Below are positions 57,847 through 64,000 of a DNA stretch of 64,000 bases, piece by piece. Source of the DNA: Bigelowiella natans CCMP2755 (lineage: Eukaryota; Protista; Cercozoa); the NCBI GenBank assembly GCA_000320545.1, contig ADNK01001866.1:1-64000 (forward strand), read 5' to 3'. Within the stretch, counting starts at the first letter, position 1. Each line of letters begins with the position of its first letter. Under the pieces are notes generated by a model, which had not been told where the DNA came from, ran no database searches, and saw nothing but the letters and a program-made list of their open reading frames with translations. Position numbers and translations under genes: made by a program.

Positions 57847-58792
57847 CAATCTCACCCATGCTCTATGTTTTGTGTTACGCTGCTCGTAATTAGGTATTGT
57901 AATTAGGTATTGTACATAAGTCATTCCGTCATCGCGTGCTGTAGCCAGCCAAGCGATGAACAAATGCATTAACATATTTGAAATGGATCGTACCCTAAAA
58001 TGAAGGCAGAATGAAGGCAGGACTAATTTTTTGGTGCTGAGCAACATCTTATCGGTGTGCCTTATTGAGTTATGTGAAGAATCGAACATTATATGAACCC
58101 TTAAGTTGGATGAAAAATGACGACTTATATTAAGCAAACATCTTGCAACTTAATATCATCAAAGCTTAAACCTGTACCAATCTTTGGTATTGTCCTTCGG
58201 CGAAGGGACGGCTGGCAACGCAACGCATACATGCATATTGTAGACGAATGTGTGTTACGTTGATGCGCGATAGCTGCGACGCTACGCTGACGCACGTTAT
58301 CTCTAGCCATCACGAGAAACGTTCAATAACTCCCATTCTTTCCGATCTGCGCTTTGATTACTTTTTTTTTCTTTCTATGCGACACGCTCTCGCTCTTGCG
58401 CTGCTTCCTACGTGCACATCGGCACACCATAGCTAGCTAGCGAGCGTATAGGCAGCTACGCTAGCGCGTAGTGGCTGCCCTCGGTCTATCGGGTCTAGCT
58501 GTGCGTTATTGGCCATGTATGTTTTGCGTGCGTGTGTGTATGTGCGCGCGCCACAGCTGCATGCGAGCCGAGCATATAGCCCTCGCTGCTAGCTTGCGTG
58601 CGCGCATGATGACGATACATGGCATGGCATCAGCCTAAGGCAGCGGCAATTAGTGATTAGTCAACATTGAAGTGTAACAATAAATTTTCTTATCTGAGTC
58701 TGATGAATTTACACGTAAATGAGGTACAGCAAAAGGATCGGACTAAATTTTAAAGATCATGGTACTACACGAGCCCATCACATCGTCAATAT

Positions 58793-60409
58793 TTATAGCG
58801 ACTGGCTTCTGATTAAATTTAGATACATTCCAGATTTGGGTGCCATGGCATTGACTGTGAGTTGCCAGTATTGGTCTTTGTAGAGCGGACCGCGGGTGGA
58901 TGTTGCCGCTGGCATTTCGAACTTATACTTCTGGAACAACTCAAACAAAACGGTTTTCATTTCCATGGCCGCGATGTTTTTTCCCACACAGTGACGTACC
59001 CCAGAGCCAAACGTCAGGAAGCTGGAGGCGCAGTCGTCCGTGATGCTTACGACATCGCCATCTTTCTTTAAAAATCGTTCGGGGCGGAATTCCTTCGCAT
59101 CCGAGCCCCAGTGTTCTTCCATCCGTGCTGTGATCCATGGGCAAACCACGATGGCCCTCCCCTTTGGGACGGTGACGGGGCCGATCTTCACACTCTGCAC
59201 AGTGTTGCGCTCGACGAGGTAGGGAAACGATGGGTATAAGCGGAGGGTCTCTTTGATGACAGCAGAGAGATATGGCAGCTCCGACGACAGCATACTCCAC
59301 TTGTCTTTATCGGCAGGAGCGTTATTGATTCTTTGCGCAGCTTTCTTGACCTCCATGGAGACTTTAGCTTGCACCCGTGGATGCCTGGCAACAAGGTACG
59401 CCAAGTGCGATAGAGCAATGGAGGTTGTGTCCATCCCTCCGATCATGAATGTGTACAGCATGTGAGCTGCCTCGGTATCACTCAACTGAAAAGTATCTTT
59501 GGCTTCGTGCAGCGCCTTGAGAACAGAACCCTCGTTCGTATGCTGGCCTCGTGAATTCTTCGAGATCTGATCTGCGTATCTGGTTAGCACCTTTAGGGCG
59601 AGGTCATGTGCTCGGGTTATTCGACGTCGAAGCTTCGTTGGCTCTGGCAGAGGTGAATACAGATAGGCATTTAGCAGGTATCGGACCATTCCAATGCTCT
59701 CAAGAATCTGTGGGAAAACTTCGAGAATTTCTTTCTCTTCCTCCGCGGTCAAGATGCCCTCGCCAAACGCGATTTTCAGGATGGTTTTCAGAGCAAAGGC
59801 CCGGAATAGAGGACGAACTTCAACTTGGACACTTTTTTCTTTCGATTCATCGCTAAGTCTCTCGAGATTTTGAACAAATTCCGTCGCATTTCGTTGGATA
59901 GCAGGGAAGTAGCTTTTGGTGTGTTTCGAACCAACACCTCTCATCGCAATCCTGTGCTGCTTTTTCCACACCTCACTTTGTGCTGTGAATATCCCCTCCC
60001 CAAGAAACAGGTCCAAAACTGGAAGAGTTTTGTTCACCAAGCGATCAGTCTTTTTCAGGGTAATTTTGGGACTAAGCACATGCTTGATCCATTTCGGATC
60101 GAGGACGAGCAGCGATGGCTTGTGCACGACCCAGCAGGTTGCAAATCCACCTGTCTTTCTTGACTGAGCTACTACCGCCTCGAAAAATGACGTGGGATCC
60201 TCGGACATTCCAGTCATATTTCCGAATGGAAAGGAAGGCTTTTGACAACTTTTAAATCCCTGGCCATCGACGGTGATGCCGTTGCAACAGAATTCAAGGA
60301 AGCGATCCCATTGGCTGAAGGTGGCGACCAACACTACAGCGGCCACGATCATCGATGTTGGAGTAGAGAAGGAGAAGAGTAATGTGGAGAGCGATCCATC
60401 CGGAACCAT
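58793..60409 (-). CDS. Cytochrome P450, intronless
   Basis: N-terminal TM helix, I-helix GGMDTT, K-helix ETLR, PERF and heme ligand FGSGVRHCVG. The first in-frame ATG is at 60409; the ORF track start at 60496 is a GTG. Confidence 0.95.
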   Translation of the reverse strand: MVPDGSLSTLLFSFSTPTSMIVAAVVLVATFSQWDRFLEFCCNGITVDGQGFKSCQKPSFPFGNMTGMSEDPTSFFEAVVAQSRKTGGFATCWVVHKPSLLVLDPKWIKHVLSPKITLKKTDRLVNKTLPVLDLFLGEGIFTAQSEVWKKQHRIAMRGVGSKHTKSYFPAIQRNATEFVQNLERLSDESKEKSVQVEVRPLFRAFALKTILKIAFGEGILTAEEEKEILEVFPQILESIGMVRYLLNAYLYSPLPEPTKLRRRITRAHDLALKVLTRYADQISKNSRGQHTNEGSVLKALHEAKDTFQLSDTEAAHMLYTFMIGGMDTTSIALSHLAYLVARHPRVQAKVSMEVKKAAQRINNAPADKDKWSMLSSELPYLSAVIKETLRLYPSFPYLVERNTVQSVKIGPVTVPKGRAIVVCPWITARMEEHWGSDAKEFRPERFLKKDGDVVSITDDCASSFLTFGSGVRHCVGKNIAAMEMKTVLFELFQKYKFEMPAATSTRGPLYKDQYWQLTVNAMAPKSGMYLNLIRSQSL

Positions 60410-60976
60410 CGTGATGGTCCGCCCGCCCCGCCGAATCAAGTCTGTCGGGTCTTCCCAGGAGAAACAGTTGCAGTCAAATCTAACGCAAAATCCCACGAAA
60501 TATCATGGGAATTTTGTGCTGCGACAATTCCCAAGGCAGGTCATGAAGACGAAGAAGACCTGTGTGGTGCTTTGTCTTCTTTTGCTCATACCCTCACACC
60601 TCACACCGTGTTCCTGTGACTTTGCTTGAAAACAGGACGCTTTTCCCCGAAATGACAGCTGATTTCTCGTCGACGACATTGTTGGAAGAGGTACCCCCTT
60701 TTCGGAGTTCTCCTGTTCCACTGATCAGCTCCGGCCTCGGAGGAGGACGCATTCTGCATGCGCCATCGCCAAAACATGCTTTTGGCCTAGATCTAGCCGC
60801 GCACGTCCGGACGTAACGCGTGCACGTTTGTAGGTGTGTCCTGCCGTGTGCGTGGTGTGGCGTGTAGACAGATGCCCACGCACACATGCTAGCATTGTTG
60901 CGCGTAAGGTGTTCACAGGCCGAGGCGCTACGTGCACAAGTAGGCAGGGGGGGGGAAAGGCACGTTTGCTTCCTTT

Positions 60977-61221
60977 TGAAGAGTTGTGTTTATTTTTATT
61001 AAAGATTATATTTTTATTAAATCGTGCACTGCGTAATCATTCGCGAAGCTTTCGCGAATGCCGCCGCACGTGGGGCAGCACACTTCCGGTGTGCTGCCAT
61101 GAGTCCCGCCGGAACCCACGTGCCTATGCTGTATTAATATCTACGTTATCTATATTCTATATCCGCGACAACCCCTTTGTTGTCGCACGTGACTTGTGCC
61201 CGCGTAGTGGTACGCGCTACA
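60977..61221 (-). mobile_element. Putative 3' LTR (~245 bp) of the Ty3/gypsy element
   Basis: On the - strand it begins TGTAG right after a purine tract (GGGGGAGG, 61222-61229), contains two AATAAA, and ends ...CTCTTCA. The 5' LTR is outside the window, so the distal end is unconfirmed. Confidence 0.7.
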
Positions 61222-61262
61222 CCTCCCCCAAGTCACGTTGCTCCTTCCTTCCTTCCTTATTC
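61222..61262 (-). promoter_or_regulatory. Polypurine tract region of the retrotransposon
   Basis: aataaggaaggaaggaggag...ttgggggagg immediately precedes the TG of the LTR. Confidence 0.7.
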
Positions 61263-61272
61263 CCTTAGACCT

Positions 61273-64000
61273 TCATCGCTTTCGGAACTTCACCAACCAC
61301 CAGGTAATAGATTCCTCTCTAACCTTATCTCCTTTGTCGCTTACCCAGAACTCACCTTCGTCCTTAGGTTCGTGTCCATACCAGCCCTCTGCATCAAGGT
61401 CCCCCAGGACCTTATACCAGTGCTCAAAGGGTAAGTCGGGAACAGCTAGGTAGAGTAGCTGATATTTTCCGTCCTTTATTTTCATAGCTACCCTCTCCAT
61501 ATTTCGTAATCCAGGGTAGCCTAGATAGACAATCTTCATGCGCCAATCGTCGTTCACCCTGACCTTATTGTTTCCATATTCCACATCGAACTTAGGTCGG
61601 GGTCCTAAACAAGGCATTGCTCGCTCCCACACAGTAGGGTTTACTTTAACATCCTCTAGGAGCTTCTCACCGATATCATAATTCTTTAGGTGACTGATGT
61701 GGCGCAAGGTGACCCTGTTCCCATCATAGATGTAGTACTGCTTCCTCCCCTTCCTCTCGGTAACCTTTGCAACGCCACCCCAGAAGGGGTCTTGTTTATT
61801 TCTCGATCTCAGATTTACCTTGGCCCTAACATACTGTCCTTCCTTTAGAACTCGGCCATCGTACGGGACCTTCTCGTCTTCGCTCTCGGTATCGTCGTCG
61901 TTGTCGTCGCCTTCTTCCCTCTCCTTATCCTTGATACCTCCCCCAGACGTGAAGGTGTCGTTTACTAACCCTTGTATCTTGTCTGGTGTGGTGCTATTTA
62001 TCCTGCTTAGGTTGGCCAAGGTGCGGTGGAGTCGCTCTACCTTGGAGTTGGACTGGGCATAGTATACAGGTGAGGCATCAATATTAGGGTGTGGTAGCTG
62101 TAGAAGAGAGGTCTCATTATCCACATGTAACTTCTTTGGTATCTTGTTTATGCTAACTTCATCAGGGATAGCCTGGAGCTCAGACTCCCAGGTACGGTAG
62201 CAGTTAGTAAGCCTCTGCTTATATAAGCCTTTGTTCTTCTTAGCAACGTTGACCTTGATAATCTTTTTAACCCAGCACTTTCCAGTGGCCACATCAACGA
62301 AGGTAAGGTAGTGATAGCCATCGTACTTATAAACATCAATTTGCACGATATCTAAGAAGTTCCTTGCTTTGATTTTCTTAGATGCACGGCTCTTGCTGGA
62401 CTCCTTGGTGGCGACGCCTGCCGCCTTCAAGCTGGAGCACCTGCAGCCACGCAGGTATGTCCTTATCTCTTTTAGCTTGTAGGGCCAGTAGTAATGGTAG
62501 AGTAGAGCAGTGATATGGTTTTCTCCTACGTGTGCAGGTCCATGGGCGGTAAAGAGAAGGGCTCCCCTGGTCCGCCGTGGCACGTAGGTACGCCTAACAT
62601 TATTAGTGTATACATATATCCTATCACTAAGTACCTCATGCTTGTGTTTGTATTTATCCAGGTGTTCTTGAAGGTGCCGGAGCTCCTCTGGCTCAGGCAG
62701 GAAGTCGCCGTCCTCGAAGGTAATCGCGTTAACCATAGGGGTGACCTGGGTAGGGACTTTCTTTTCGAACAGCCTGCTGAAATAGTCAGCAAGCTGCTTG
62801 TCTCCTGGTGCGTAGACCACTGTCCTCTTGTCCCTAAACTCTTCCGTGTCCGCCCTCATAGCTGCATACTCATCGTTAGGCGCTTCGAGCTTGCGGTCGA
62901 TGCCTAGGAGGGGCTTGTGGTCAGTCATTAAGGTGAAGCTGGGCACCGACAGCAGGTAGTATCTTAGTTTCCTCTGCGCCTCAGTCATGGCTTTATACTC
63001 TCCTTTTGTAGGGCTGTACTTGGCCTCAGCTGCTGTGCAGGCCCTGCCCCACACCCGTATGATCTGCTGGTCTTGGGTAAGTACAGCAGCCATACCTAGC
63101 TTAGACCAGTCTGTCCATAGGGTAGCTGGTCTAGTAGTGTCTAGCTTAGCATTCAATAGGGTGTTGCTGCATAACTTTATTAGGTTATCGAAGTGGGCAT
63201 CAAGGCCAGCCTTGGCCCACACCTTAGCGAAGCTGAGGCCTACAGAGTTCTCCTTCCGGTAAGCAGTAGTAAAAGCAGCTGCAGTCCTAGCGTAGGTAGG
63301 GGAGAACCTACGTAGTATCCAAGCTGCAGTCTGCAAGAATGACTTTAACTCCTTTGCATTCTTAGGTTTAGGGGCTTGCTGTAGTGCTGCTACTTTCTCG
63401 GGGTTTGGGGTGATGCGGCCTTGCTCCAGGTAATATCCACACCACTTGATTCTTGTAGCTAGGAATGTACACTTCTGCAGTCTAATAGTAAAACCGAAGT
63501 GTGCAAACCTAATAAATATATTTTCCAGGAGGAAGATCTGAGCGACGACTGTGTTGGTACATATTATGTCATCATCCACATACACAAACACAAACACCCA
63601 CAACACAGACGCCATCCCATCATGTGTGTATGCCCTGTAGTTCTGACTACTGAACGCATCCCCTGATATGCTTAGGCCGTAAGGGAATACGACGAAGTGC
63701 CACTTCCTGTGCCTGCTGGAGAACGCGGTAATGGGGCGGGAGGTTTTGTGGATGGGTGTCTGCATGTATGATTCATTTTTATCTAGGGAAGAGTAGTATT
63801 TGTATCCTATGACGTGTTCAATAACGTCATCTATCCTTGGTGTAGGTGTCTGGATCCTCTTTATTACTCGGTTGTGGCGGATGAAGTTGTGCGCCAGGCG
63901 GAAGAAAGGGTAAGTAGGTTTCTTAGCTAGCACATGTCTCACGTTCCATGGTGAGTTGCTTGGCTCTATCTTCCCTTCCTTTGCCCATTCATTGATCTGC
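61273..64000 (-). mobile_element. pol: Ty3/gypsy-type LTR retrotransposon pol (RT-RNase H-integrase plus C-terminal extension), uninterrupted ORF running off the window end
   Basis: RT motifs TAF, PYGL and YVDD. RNase H motifs TDWS, YSPTKGE and TDHKPL, then LADYFSR. Integrase HHCC (HGPAH..CRC) and DDE (QID, VDN, SNSKVERLH). The RT-RH-IN order is diagnostic of Ty3/gypsy. Confidence 0.95.

Noticed and set aside
60834-61453. Plus-strand ORFs over the LTR as an antisense or env-like gene
   Set aside because: They are short, start at non-ATG codons, and have no recognisable features.

Overview
This is intron-rich eukaryotic (protist/algal) nuclear DNA, dense in microsatellites. Several N-termini look like signal peptide plus transit peptide, which would fit an alga with a secondary plastid such as a chlorarachniophyte (inference only). 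Splicing by eye gives about 15 genes, mostly alternating head-to-head and tail-to-tail. In order: a truncated presequence-bearing gene, a calpain with six N-terminal ~100-aa repeats and an apparent +1 frameshift, a PPR protein, a COPI-associated (TVP15-like) membrane protein with EF-hands, a three-domain cysteine dioxygenase, cyclophilin PPIL3, a small putative plastid membrane protein, TRM8/METTL1, an ABHD13-like hydrolase, SLU7, a C2-RhoGAP, a CAP-Gly coiled-coil protein, an unknown protein, an AP2 transcription factor and an intronless cytochrome P450. The window ends in the 3' half of a Ty3/gypsy LTR retrotransposon (RT-RNaseH-IN, PPT, 3' LTR). The most notable observations are the triple CDO with a different residue at the crosslink-Cys position in each domain, a Dam-methyltransferase-like tail on the gypsy integrase, a hairpin-rich LTR, and a dispersed motif plus CTAG/GCATGC-rich tracts lying downstream of gene 3' ends. 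All exon structures are manual, and no database searches were run.
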